The notes beneath the pieces were generated by a model. It did not search any database and had not been told where the DNA came from. It saw only the letters and a list, made by a program, of their open reading frames with translations. This document shows, one piece after another, positions 1 to 11,897 of a DNA stretch of 23,905 bases. A program made the translations under genes and the position numbers. Positions within the stretch are counted from its first letter, which is position 1; each line of letters opens with the position of its first letter. Origin of the DNA: Sarea resinae (taxonomy: Eukaryota); assembly GCA_026026165.1 (NCBI GenBank), contig JAPEUD010000011.1, positions 496,001-519,905 of the forward strand. Reading direction: 5' to 3'.

Positions 1-367
1 AGATAAGTGCTAGACAGTTCTAAAGATATAGGAACCGCTAAATTATAATAGCGCTGCTATACTTAATAGTTGTTAAGTGTGTTACTATCTTAGGCCTTAC
101 TACTAATATATCTTAAAGAACTTAAATAGGTAGCAGAATAAGTGTATCAATTAATATAAGCTATTAGCCTATAGCCTAGTAACTAAGTAATAAGAAGAAG
201 AGAAGAAAACTAACGCGCTAACTGCTTGCTTAACTAAATGCTAGAAAAACTAATAACTCTTTAGAATGTATAAAGAACTAATAAATACTCTCTTTCTAAA
301 CCCCTAAGGAACATAACTCTACTACTAATACCTAATAACTAAGCTGTTACTAGTTTACCCTATTATA
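1..367 (-). repeat. 3' LTR of the gypsy element (truncated by window start)
   Basis: Aligns to 11532-11897 with 16 substitutions (all transitions) and one 1-bp indel by manual count. Ends TATTATA versus TATTACA in the other copy. Confidence 0.95.
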
Positions 368-380
368 TCTATCCTCTCTA
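368..380 (-). promoter_or_regulatory. Polypurine tract (plus-strand primer) of the gypsy element
   Basis: Minus strand reads TAGAGAGGATAGA immediately upstream of the 3' LTR. Confidence 0.7.
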
Positions 381-459
381 TAAGAGGAAGTTAGCCTATA
401 ACTTCTAAAAAGAAAAAGAAGATATTTAACTAAAAGAGAGTGTAGATAGGCATACTATT

Positions 460-3400
460 ATTATAGGTTCTCTCTGCGTTTCTTAGTTAAGTAGTAAAGA
501 GATAGATCTATTGCTTACTTATATAATTATAGTAGTTCACCTATTATAAGATTGTTAGAATCCTCTCTAAAGGGATTTAGCTGCAGTAAGGTTTAATTGC
601 AAGCAGATTGTTATAGCTAGGCTGCTAAATAGTGCGATCTATTGTTAGAACTTAACTCTTAGTAGTAGCTCTCTCCTTTAGGAGTAGCTATTTCTGTTAG
701 CGCTAGCAGATCTTCTATGCTAGGTGCAGGTAGTTCTCTTATGCTTAGAGCAAAGGACTTAGAATAAACAATTGCTAATAGAGCTATAGAGGTATATTGT
801 TTCTTTAGTTAGTAAGGTAGAAACAGGCCTTTAGCTTTACACTTATTAGGCTAGAGAGTGCTAGTCAGGCTAGAAGATATTAGGCTAATTATGCTAAGCC
901 TAAGCTCTAGAATAGTTTGCCTAACTTTAGCCTCTAGTAATAACTTAATATCTAGTTAAGTAGGAAATTTTTATCTAGCTAGGCTAGAAGATATCTTAAA
1001 GAGATTGTTATTATTGTTGTCCTTAAAGAGCTATAGATTGCTGTTATTGTCTTCTACTAACACATTATACTCCTTTAAATACTAATAGGACTTTTCTCTA
1101 TATAATTACTGCTTAGCTCTCTTAAACACTGCAAATACTACCTTATATTTTATAATTGCTTAATATCTCTACTTAGCTATAAAGAGCTTAGTAGTATCTG
1201 TATCTAGTCTAAAGAGAATCGCTTGCTGTTCTATAACCTCTAGATTATTATAGCAACGTTGCCTAACAAGTGCATCTAAAATAGCACTAAGCTCTATAAA
1301 AGAGACTACTACACTAAATTTGCTTAGAACTTAGCTGTGTATATTTAGGTGTCTTAACAGGCTATTTAGTAGAGGAACAAGGTTATAATATAACACTAAG
1401 AGCTGATCCTAGGTGCCTAAGCCTAATATTTCTAGCGTCTAATAGTCCTTTTTAATTGCTACTTTCTAAGAGTAGATAACATTGTACTTAGAGGTTAGTT
1501 TCTTTATCGCATTATAGATAATCTAAGGATCACTAAATCTAAGCCTAAGTTTAGGCATAGGATAGAGTGTCTTAGTGATTCTAAAATTATCTTTGTCCTT
1601 TACTATCAGCTAATTTCTATCTATCTAAGTAACATAACTATTATGTTTATAGAGCTTTAAATTACGCTCTTTTACCTCTACAGCCTAGTCACTAAAGATC
1701 TTATACTATCTAAGATATATATAGATACAGTTGTTATTATCCTTATAACTAAATGCAACTGCGCTTTGCACTATATTAATGCTAGTACTATCCTCTGCTA
1801 TTTTACAGATATTTTAGTCTAAATAGTAAAACCTTGTTTTATCCTCTAGTAATAACAACTTAGTATAGTAAGGGTAAGATATTAGGCGTTTCTTTTAGTT
1901 AGGCTAGAAGTAAATAGTTAACAAGTAGTGAAATAGATCTTAATTTAGTAGCTATTAGATAATAAAGTAGAATATAATACACACCTAGCCTAGATTTTTG
2001 TTGTTGTTTACTTGTTGTTAGTAGTATTTATAGACTGAAAATTCCTTAGCAATAGAACCTTCTATATCTATGTCTTACACAATCTAGCTATATATATCTT
2101 TAATAATTATAGATCTATTCTAGTCCTATTCTGTCTGTATCCTAGCACTAAGGAGTTTGTAAACGTATATAAAGTCTGCCTTAATAGCTTAATCTAGCTC
2201 TTCTACCTTTAATTAATACAATCTCTTAGTATCTGCTAGCCTCTCTAGTTGCGCTTTCTTAATAAACTATTAATAAGTTTCTTTTTAGAATCTAAAATCT
2301 AATAGATCTGCTAGTTAGGCTAGGAGTTGTTAGAAGTAGTCTGCTAACTCTTTATCTACTAGATTATTCTTAAGACCTAGTTGTAAAGCTATAGCTTTAG
2401 TATAGTTCTAGCACAGTGTTTTAACTAGAGAGTTCTCTTATATAAGTCTCTCTTAAGTCTAAAGAATTTGCAATATTACCTTATTAGTAGCTAACTTTTT
2501 ACTTATTATTAAGTTAATAAAATGTTTAGGTATTAGGTTAGAACAGGTGCAGCCTTTTACAACTAGTCTATTAGCTAGCTTAATATCTGTATTATTCTCT
2601 AGTTTCTTATAGCTAGGCTAGAAGATAAGTAGCGCAAGTAGTAAATCTCTAGCTTATCTAAATTCTGCTTTATCTATAGCAGTCTTCTTAGCAACTAGTC
2701 CTTTAATTAGCTCTTTACTATCTCTTATCTATAAACTATAGTTAGATTAGTTATCTGCAGGATTATCTTATACTAGAGCCTCTTTTATAGTGTTCTCTCT
2801 CTTAGTACAGTACTTTAGGATATTACATAGTCTAGTCTATACTAGGTCTACTAGACATAGAATTCTATTAATATTAATTATACCTCTAACCTTAATAAGA
2901 TCTTCTGTTGTAAACTAAAATAGCTTTAGTGTTGTTCTCTTTTAAAGTTGCTTTACTACCTTAGCTAGTCGCTCTTAATCTCTTAAGGTTTGCTTAACAA
3001 CTTTCTTAGAAAAGCCTTATTTACCTGTCTTTAGAAGTCTCTTTATAGCCTCTCTATTTGCTAGTTCTACCGCTTTAGCAAATCTGTACTAGGCTGCAAT
3101 CGCTTTTATTTAATCTATATAATTTCACAATATCTTAGCGTGTAATACATAGACAGCCTAATTATATCTCTATTTGTTTTCTATTTTCTTATGTCCTTTA
3201 GTAATACGCTTATTCTTATCTTAATATTCTTTAGCTAGCGCCTGTATCTGTAAGGATATAGCAGACAAATAGTTATAAACATATATAGTAAGGATAGAGT
3301 CTCTAGCTAATTTAGTCTTGTTCTACTTATAAAGCTATAAATATTAGTTATAGTATTTAGATATTTTGTCTGTAAAGGACTTATAAAAGGTAACCTTTGT

Positions 3401-3937
3401 AGTAGTGTTAGTAATTCCTCTAATATACTAGTGTACTACAGCAATGTTATAGAATCTCTAACTCTAGATTATTAGGAACGCTAATTGTTGCACAACTCTA
3501 GTAGTGTCTATCACCTTATTTATTGTATCTTCTAGCCTAACTAGCTGTTCTTCTAGTTTAGAAGTTTCTTAGGCAGATGCTAATAATAACTAGGCAGTAA
3601 TTTATTCTTATAGGTTGTTAGGTAATTGCTTTACACGCGATTCTTCTGCAAGTAACTCCTTAGCTAGTTTAGTTTAGCTTTATATCTTAGGTGCCTCTCT
3701 AGATTCCTTGCCTTCTATTTCTTTATTAATAATAGAGAGATTAAACTGTGTAGTAAGAGTAATAAAGAGGTCTTAGCTATTGCTTTTAGATAAGATTAAT
3801 AGTAGTGCTAGGGTTCTCTCTTTTATAGAAGATTACTAGCCAGCTATTCTTACTAGTTTAATCTTCTAGATAGTCTAGAAGATAAAGAGGAATAAGATGT
3901 TTCTAGAGTTAATAGATAACGTTCTAATTGTATACAT
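460..3937 (-). pseudogene. Extra ORF3 of the gypsy element: large protein with a Cys motif and a 2OG-Fe(II) dioxygenase-like (PhyH-like) domain, RIP-disrupted; ends approximate
   Basis: The same frame holds in the blocks translated between the ATG at 3937 and ~1000. It reads LISYPYYTK...FYYLD*NI (de-RIP FRHLD, 1817-1825), IVQSAVAF...NCIYIYLR*YK (MVQGAVAF...NCTYMYPGWHK), DP*IIYNA (DPRIVHGA, His at 1514-1516), K-Y(R)-NVIYS* (Arg at 1484-1486), then LSAILDALV and EKSY. GCTCS lies at 2543-2551. Confidence 0.75.
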
Positions 3938-4899
3938 GAATTTTTCTAGTTAGAGTTTCTAGGCGATTTTTCTCTTAGAGAATCTAGGAGATTATTATCT
4001 TATCTAATTAGTTAAGAGAAATAGCTTAGATAGAGTCTTAGTTATTATCTAATAAGGTAACAAACAGCAAGTGCTAATTATAAGCAAGCTAATAAGGTAA
4101 GAGGTATAAGCAAACTACTTAGGAAAGAGATCTATAGTAGGTGAATAATATAAGAAAAACAGATAAGATAGCAGCAGCAGAAATTGCATAAGAAGTAGGA
4201 AAATATTTAGAGAAGATAGAGGTAAGTAGGCAGAAGATATTTTCTTATAGTCTTTGCTTAGAGTGTATATAACTAGATTCCTACTAATAATCGTTAGATA
4301 TTAGCGTTAAAAAAGTGCTATCTTACTTTTCTTTATAGTGAATTTTAGCGTGTTATTAAGTTAAAGTAGTAGCAGTAGCGTTAGTAATACACTTAAGCAA
4401 GGTTCTTTATTACCTGTATTATTTCTTTGTTTACCCTTACTTTTAAGTGTGTTTTGCACTAAAAAGTAAGGTGAAAGTGAGATAAGTTTAAGATAAAGTT
4501 AAGCGAGTAATAAGAACAGTCTCTGCAATGCTAGTCAAGGCGAATAGTAGTAGTAAGGCAGATATATAGTGCTTGTGTAAGTTAGGAATACTTATTATAC
4601 AATTTTACTAACTTATAGCGTGTTGTTAAATTTAGATAGAGGCTGTATACTTTACAGTGTTACTCTTTAAGTCTGTCTAAGAGATTAGGCTAGCAGAGTC
4701 TGTTTCGCCTTAATATAAGCTAAAGAAGTAAAGTAATATAATGTGTAATAAATTAGAAATGTTATTGCAGATTGTTAGGTATATTATGCTATACAATATA
4801 AGCTGCGCCTCTTACACCTCTAGCAAGGTAGACTGTAGTTAAAAAGATCTAGCTAGATAAGGTTATATATATACACACCTCTCTCTAGTTTCTTTTAAA

Positions 4900-7800
4900 A
4901 CTTCTAGCTAGGCTAGAAAGTTTTGTGCTATATAATTAGCTAAGGTAAGATAATAATAGCGAATAATCTTCTGCAAGGCACTAAGGCTTATAAGGCCTTG
5001 TATTCTTCTTAAGTTACTTAATTATTATTATCCTTAAGGTCTTTAGACTAAGTATTATTAGTATTATCTGCTAACTTGTCTTTAATTAGATATTTAGGCA
5101 TAGAGGTAGGCAATTATATATTCCTTGCAGAATTAGGTAGAGAAGGTTAGCATATAAATTTCTTTAGACAATTTCTAGGTGCAGTGCTGTTTAACTTAGC
5201 GCTATTAAGTTTAGTAAGCTAGTAAGTTCCTTAGATAGAGTTAGCCTATATAATATAATAGAGACCTATCTACCTATAGCAGAGTTTGCTTTAGAGCGAA
5301 TAGTCTGTAGCAAGCTTAGTGTTATAGAGTAATACTATATTATTAACGTTAAATTTATCTAGGCAGAGATTATAAACTTTATTAAATGCTTCTTTACTTT
5401 ATTTATATATACAGTGTAGATATAGCTAGGTTTCTTATAGATCTTTATTGCAGCGTTGCATTTGCTAAGCCTATAATGCTAGTAATTCTATAGTAGTTTA
5501 GACTAAATTCTAGTCTAATACATGCTAGGTAGAAAGGTTTAATTTAATAAGTAAGACTATATTGTATCTATATAGCACTTAATAAGGTATCTAGCTAGTA
5601 GAAACTCAAACTATAGTGCAGTTAGCCTATAAGACTATATATAAGTTCTAGACCTAATTTCCTATGCCTCTATCTATTATCTTAGCTAGTGTATTAATAA
5701 TAGAGGTATAACCTCTTTCTACTAGGCTATTTTCTTGCAAGTAGTATACTAAGACTATAATGTGATTAATTCTGTACTTCTTTATAAGAATATATATAGA
5801 CTGCTTATTCTCTAGTCCTTTATTAGTAACTAGCTTCTAAAAGCATCTATAGCAGCAGATAATATCTTTATAAAGGAATTTAGCAATAGTAGTAGAGGTA
5901 GCGTCTTCTATAGCGCGTGCTTCTACCTAGCTAGAAAAGTTATCCTAGGTAACAATAATGTTCTTCCTATTCTAGCAAGCTAGTATATATATTATATTAA
6001 GGCTAACCTTCTTCTAATAAGTAAAAGACTAGGTTAGGTGTAAGGCCTTCTCTTTCTATTTAGAGGCTCTCTTCTAACACTCTTAGCAGCTCTTAATATA
6101 TATTACTACTTCTAGATATAGATCGCTCTACTAGTATCTATCTACAATACGCTAATAGGTGCCTTCTTAGCCTCTGTGTTCTCTTTAATTATAGGCCTTC
6201 TTTAGGATACAGGCTTTGTTAGTGTCTTAGTTAATAACTCTTTAAAGTAGTATATTCTTAAAGGCATACTTAAACAAGTGTTAGTTGCAAACTAAGAATT
6301 TTAGGGCGTGATTCTTAAACTTACAGAACTCTTTTGCGCTTATTTCTGCTAGCTAGACTAGAGAAAGAAGCTATTATACAATCTTCTGCAATTTGTCTAT
6401 ATAACTATTCTTAAGAGGTAATAGAGGTTCTACCTCTATACTATCGCTATTTATAGATATAAGAAAGACTTAAACAAGGTATAACTCTAAGTCTATTACA
6501 TTGTTAATATCTGCCTTGTTTTCTATATTAGCGATATCTTCTATAATAGCTAGCTAATAAGATAATCTATTAGTAGCACTATACTTTTAACTAAGAATAT
6601 ATTAAATAGTAAAGTTAAAAAGGCAGATCTATACAAGCTATTAAGTAATAAGAGCACTAGGAAGGTTAGCTACAAGCATATTAAGTTGTGTAACTAGGGT
6701 ATTAGCATTAAGTTCTACTATAAAGGTCTAACTATATAGGTAGACTTAGACTTTCTTTAGCGCCTTTAGCAGGCCTTAGCATTCTTACTTTCCTGCATTA
6801 TACTTTTTCTCTGCATTGTTCTAGAGTCTACTCTTAAATTAAATAGAGTGCTGTTTTCTAGTCTCTAGATTAACTTATATAAGGTTCGCTCTCTAGCCTT
6901 CTCTACTAGTATTAACTCTAAGTATAATCTCTTCTCTTTCTAGTCTATAGATAATTATCACTAGTGCTAGCGCAGTAGTAAGAGTGTACTTTAGCTTATC
7001 TATAGCTAACACTTAATCTAGTCTCTAGATAAATTTAATATCCTTCTTAAATAAGATAAAGATTAGCCTAGCAATAATAGCAAACCTGTTAATAAAGATC
7101 TTATAGTAGATGCATATGCTAATAAAAGCTCTAGCTTCTATAACATTCTAATAATTAGGCTATTTAATAATCTTTAGCACTTTAGTGCTGTTAGAGTGTT
7201 AGCTGTCTAAGTTGCAGACATAGCTAACAATCTTAATACCTCCTATATAGAATTAAGATTTCTCGCTAGATACTATATAGCTAGACCGCTCTATATCTAC
7301 TAGAACCTTATTAAGTGATTAGATATACTTAGCTATATAGCGCTTGATTCTAAGTAAAATTTCTTTGCCTTTATAGTTAGATTAAGGCCTTTTAACACTA
7401 ATGTTATCTAGAAAAGGTTGAGTAAGATTAGGAATATAGTTGCTAAGAATCTTTGTAATAATACAGACAAATTACACAACTAAGTTTATAGCTTCTTAAG
7501 GTAAAGTCGTCTAGTAAAGCAGGCCTAGAGGTGTTATAAAGGCAGTTATATCTTAGCATTCTTCTACTAGTTTAATCTAATTATATCCTAAGAAGAAATC
7601 AATAAGTGAGGCAACTTATATGCTAGCAAATTCCTTAGAAATTCTTCTACTAAAGGCAAGAGGTTTATGTCTTAAATTGTGACCTTGTTTATTGCTATTA
7701 CTATATTAACTATATAATACTTTCTAGACTTCTTCTTAACTAGAAACTATAGGTTTTAGTACAGTCTATAGTAGTGTTCTAGTAACCTATTCTTTAATTG

Positions 7801-8526
7801 TTCTTATAGCATTTTAATAACTACTTTGTTTAGTGCTTATAGAACTAAAAAACTATTAGCTTACTAAGCAGTATGCAGAATAGTTTGTATCTCTTACGCT
7901 AGCGCCACCTTCTTTTAGACCTTGCTAATTTCTAAGAAGTCCTATATAAAAGCCTTCTTATAATTATAAAGCATTGTAGTAAGTATCTCTTTCTCTTAAT
8001 CTAATATACTATCTTCTACAACTATTGTCTCTAATCTTTTAGGTGTAATGCAAGATCTCTTTTATAACTTTAAAAACTTTAGAATTAGCAACATATTAAA
8101 GTCTTCTTCTAGACAGTCTAGGTCTTTTTCATGTAACGTTCTATAGTTTAACATGTCTTTCTCTTCTAACTCTCTTTTCTAGTCTTTTACTCCTCTAGGC
8201 TTGCTACTATCTAACACTAAAGTGTTAACTAGTCTAACCTTATCTCTCTTTTTCTTATACATTGTATAGATATAGGCTGAGTTAACATTTCCTTTTAAAT
8301 TTAACTCTAGATTAAGTATCCTCTTAGAAAACTAGTAAGTTTTCTCTTAACCTATATATAATGCTTTAAACTCCTTAACTAAATCATTATTCTCCTAGTC
8401 TGTCCTAGAGAAATCTCTAGCCTTATTATCTAGTTTCTACCTATCTTCTTCTTCTAAGCCTTACTATGTTAGTCTTATAGTTATAGTAAACACCTACTTA
8501 GGATAGTGTCTGCTATCTAGTTTAAA
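4900..8526 (-). pseudogene. pol: Gypsy pol (RT, RNase H, integrase), RIP-disrupted; 3' end approximate
   Basis: RT: Y*NL*FLVKKKS, LIDFFLGYN*I, TAFITPLGLL..TTLP*EAIN, and QPFLDNISVK (FLDD motif, 7403-7414). RNase H: VNTSREG*R (VDASGEGWG) at ~6900. Integrase: HHCC at ~6075-6195, DNFSS*VEARA, LVTNKGLENK, NSLVERGY, and a GPY-like motif at ~5260. One 1-bp deletion near 7640. Confidence 0.95.
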
Positions 8527-11400
8527 TAGTTCTAGCTAGAGAATATATTAGCATGCCTTCTATTAGACAAACTTCTTACCTATGCTGCACTAAACATCTT
8601 TAAATAATGTTAGTCCTCTAAGAACACAGTGTATATTGTTATTCTGTTATTCTACACCTTAGTGTGTATATAAGCAGCAATCTAATACAGTTAACTAAGG
8701 ATAAGCAGTTAATCTAGTTAGGTAGTGATAAAAATAGGTACCTTGCTAGTAATACCTCTAATATTAACTTTAATATCTTTAGCGCATCCTATAAATAGTG
8801 CTAGCTTTCCTTTAATACTAATTATTATAGTAGCTAGTTAAGGAGTCTAACTTAGCCTAAGATTCTTTGCTATTAATAGGCTTATTAGATATATCTTAGC
8901 ACTACTATCTAATAATTCTCTTATTCTTCTTTTTCCTTTAATACTTACTTCTGCTATTATACACCTAGCAGCATATAATGTAGAATTTAGCATTTCTTTA
9001 TTAGTATAATTATTGCTTTCTATCTTTCTAACTATTACTAGGCGATCTATATTATGCTGTCTAGCTATAAGATAGCCTTCTAATCTTCTACCTAAAGAGT
9101 ACAACTTATCTCTAAGGTTCTTAAAGAAAAGCTTCTAAACTTTAGGCGCATTTAAAAGAAGATCCTTAACTATAACATAGTTAAGCTGCTAATCTAGTAT
9201 TATATCTATAATAGAAGTAGAGTTAGTGTCTTCTCTAAGGTAATTAGACAATCAGCGTTAATAAGTCTTTTGTTAATGTGTTTCTTCTACCTTATCTATT
9301 AGTTCTAGCTTAGCAAACTCTACTCTCTTCTTAGAACTACTAGCTAGACTAAGATATTACAAAGGCTGTTCTTTATAACAGACTATATCTCTCTTCTTAA
9401 GAACACAACTACTCTAGTACATCCTAAGGCAGATGTTTTTAGCTGCAGGCAACTTTTCTTCCTCTTAAATTCGCCTCTTATAGACTCTAGCATCTAGGTC
9501 TTATATAGGTTTCTATATAGTAGGGTTAGATCCTTACCTAAGGATTCTCTTAGGTTGTCTTACTAAATAGACATTTAATTAGTTATAGTTATTAGCTTCT
9601 ATATCTATATTATCTAGCTTAAGATCTGCTATATAAATAGAACTAACTCTTACTAAGTTAACCTCTAAACTAAGGCTTAGTTGCTCCTTCCTTTTATTAT
9701 ATATTCTTTTCTATTCTTTGTTAGCAAACAAGGCTTAATATTTGCTAGGAGAAATATACAACTCTGCTTTACCTTATCCTTTAAGACCCTAATATATTTA
9801 ATAACGTTTATTAAAATAAATCTTTCTACTTATAAAGAGCTGCTATATTAGCAGGCAATTAGCAAATCTATAGCGCTAGTCACTGTATCTAAAACATCTA
9901 GTCAATTAAGTATAGTTTGTATCGCGAGCTAGATCTACTCTATTATTCTACTAGCTAGTCTAGTAGTTTAGTGCGCTTATAACTTTTAAGGCAAAAGATA
10001 GTATCTAAGTAAAGAGCTTAGCAGTGTTTACAGCACTTGCTATAACTGCCTTAATTAGAATTATTAAGCTAGCTAACTTGTCTGCTAATTTATCTATAAC
10101 CTTATTAACCTTCTTACTTACTATTCCTTCTATATAATCTTATACAACTAGAGGTTAGAGTAGCTCTACTATAGCAGCCTTTAGAGCTAGATGCTGTCCT
10201 TTAATTAAGGTCTTTACTATCTTTATTAGCTCTGTCTTATTTAGCTTCTGCAGTGCCTATATAGATTAACATTGCTTAATAGCAATGTTAAAGATCTTCT
10301 TAAAGTTAATATTAGTAGAGTTGTAATTGTCTAGGTTAATATAGCCTTATGTAATAACTTTAACTTAGATCTCTTAGAGAAGGCCTTAGAGAAACTATAA
10401 CATATAAATATAGGTATTAAGCTTGTTTTTCTAGCATAGAGTTTAAGAGATACTTTAGAACTAACAATAATATTAGTAGATCTTCTCTGCATTTAAATAG
10501 AGTTTCTCTTTAAAGGCTTTAAGGTAAGTTTAGAAGTTGATTTGCTGCTCTACATCCTAATTAGAGTAGTCTTTTAGCAGCGATTTCTTAAACTTATCCT
10601 AATCTATAAGATACTCTAGTATAGTCTTAATACTATAAGATATAATACTCTTATAATAACGTAGGAGTCGCTTAAATATCTTAGTCTAGTTAAGCTAGTA
10701 ATCCTTACATAGTCCTTTATATCTCTTAAGAAACTCTATAGCGTTTACCTTATTAAAATATAGTATGCTATAGGTCCTAGAGGATAGTATAGGAGTAAGA
10801 TAATATATAGTAGGTAGAAATACAGTGCTAGCAGCTATTATAGGTAGTGTTAGTAATTCTAGTAAACTGTCTCTTAAAAAGTGTAGAGAGAAACGTGTTT
10901 GTATAGCAGTAACAATTGCAGCTGCAACAGAGTTTGCTGTTTCTTAAATAATTGCTTAAACAAATTATGTTAACTTATAAAGGCACTTGTCTTATTTGCT
11001 ACTTTTAACTTTCTTATGTTTAGACCTTGTCTTACTCTTACTAATCTACTTATCTCTAGTAGCGCCTTAAACATCTCTTAGCGCACTCTTTAACGTATAA
11101 TAAAGCTGTTCTTTCTATCTATTCTCTTTATATACTACGTGATAAACTGCTTTATTGCTAAATAAACTATAAGCTGTTAAGGATCGCCTCTAACCTCTTT
11201 AGATAAATAGCTGCTGCCTAACTATTTTAACAATAAGATCTAGCTAGTCTAGTAGAATTTTTCGTTGTGTAATCTCTAAACTTTATATCTTTATTTCTAA
11301 ATTCTTTTAAGGTCTTTGCAATTCCTACTTCTTATCTCTCTTATATTGTGCTAACCTTTTAGAGTCCTAATTGTATAGGCTAGGTTTTGTACTAGCCTTG
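8517..11400 (-). pseudogene. gag: Gypsy gag-protease ORF, RIP-disrupted (start approximate)
   Basis: Capsid-like YFNKVNAIEFLKRYKGLCKDY at ~10700-10770. Zinc knuckle CFRYSD*RYRFANC (de-RIP C-x2-C-x4-H-x4-C) at 9855-9896. Aspartic protease LLDSSA (LLDSGA) at ~8900-8915, within ORF-track 8847..9104. All three share one frame, which ends at TAG 8517-8519. Confidence 0.88.
8520..8526 (-). promoter_or_regulatory. -1 programmed ribosomal frameshift slippery heptamer T TTA AAC
   Basis: Minus strand reads TAT TTA AAC TAG in the gag-protease frame. The -1 frame is the frame of the RT N-terminus. Confidence 0.8.
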
Positions 11401-11479
11401 CAGATCTAGCAACCCTTCTATATATTCTTTAAGCAGTGTTTATACTTATCTATAGAGCACTTTCTAGTTAAATCTATAT

Positions 11480-11897
11480 TGTTTAAGCCTTATATAAGTC
11501 ACTAATATAAGGGATCAAACTAGATCGCACTAGATAAGTGCTAGATAGTCCTAAAGATATAGGAACTACTAAATTGTAATAGCGCTGCTATACTTAATAG
11601 TTGTTAAGTGTATTACTATCTTAGGCCTTACTGCTAATATATCTTAGAGAACTTAAATAGGTAGCAGAACAAGCGTATTAATTAATATAAGCTATTAGCC
11701 TATAGCCTAGTAACTAAGCAATAAGAAGAAGAGAAGAAAACTAACGCGCTAACTGCTTGCTTAACTAAATGCTAGAAAAACTAATAACTCTTTAGAATGT
11801 ATAAAGAACTAATAATACTCTCTTTCTAAACCCTTAAGGAATATAACTCTACTACTAATACCTAATAACTAAGCTGTTACTAGTTTACTCTATTACA
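11480..11897 (-). repeat. 5' LTR of the gypsy element (left boundary inferred)
   Basis: 11532-11897 matches 1-367, and the right end gives a minus-strand TGTAA start. The left boundary is a guess at the TGT at 11480, because the partner LTR is cut by the window. Confidence 0.85.

Larger units (their letters stand above)
1..11897 (-). mobile_element. Ty3/gypsy LTR retrotransposon (RIP-inactivated, ~12 kb, left end beyond window) with an extra 3' ORF
   Basis: Direct repeats 1-367 and 11532-11897. On the minus strand the domain order is gag (CCHC), protease, RT, RNase H, integrase, which is the gypsy order. A purine tract lies next to the left LTR. Confidence 0.95.

Noticed and set aside
4850..5150. 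Chromodomain at the integrase C-terminus
   Set aside because: The translation is low-complexity with no aromatic-cage motif recognisable.
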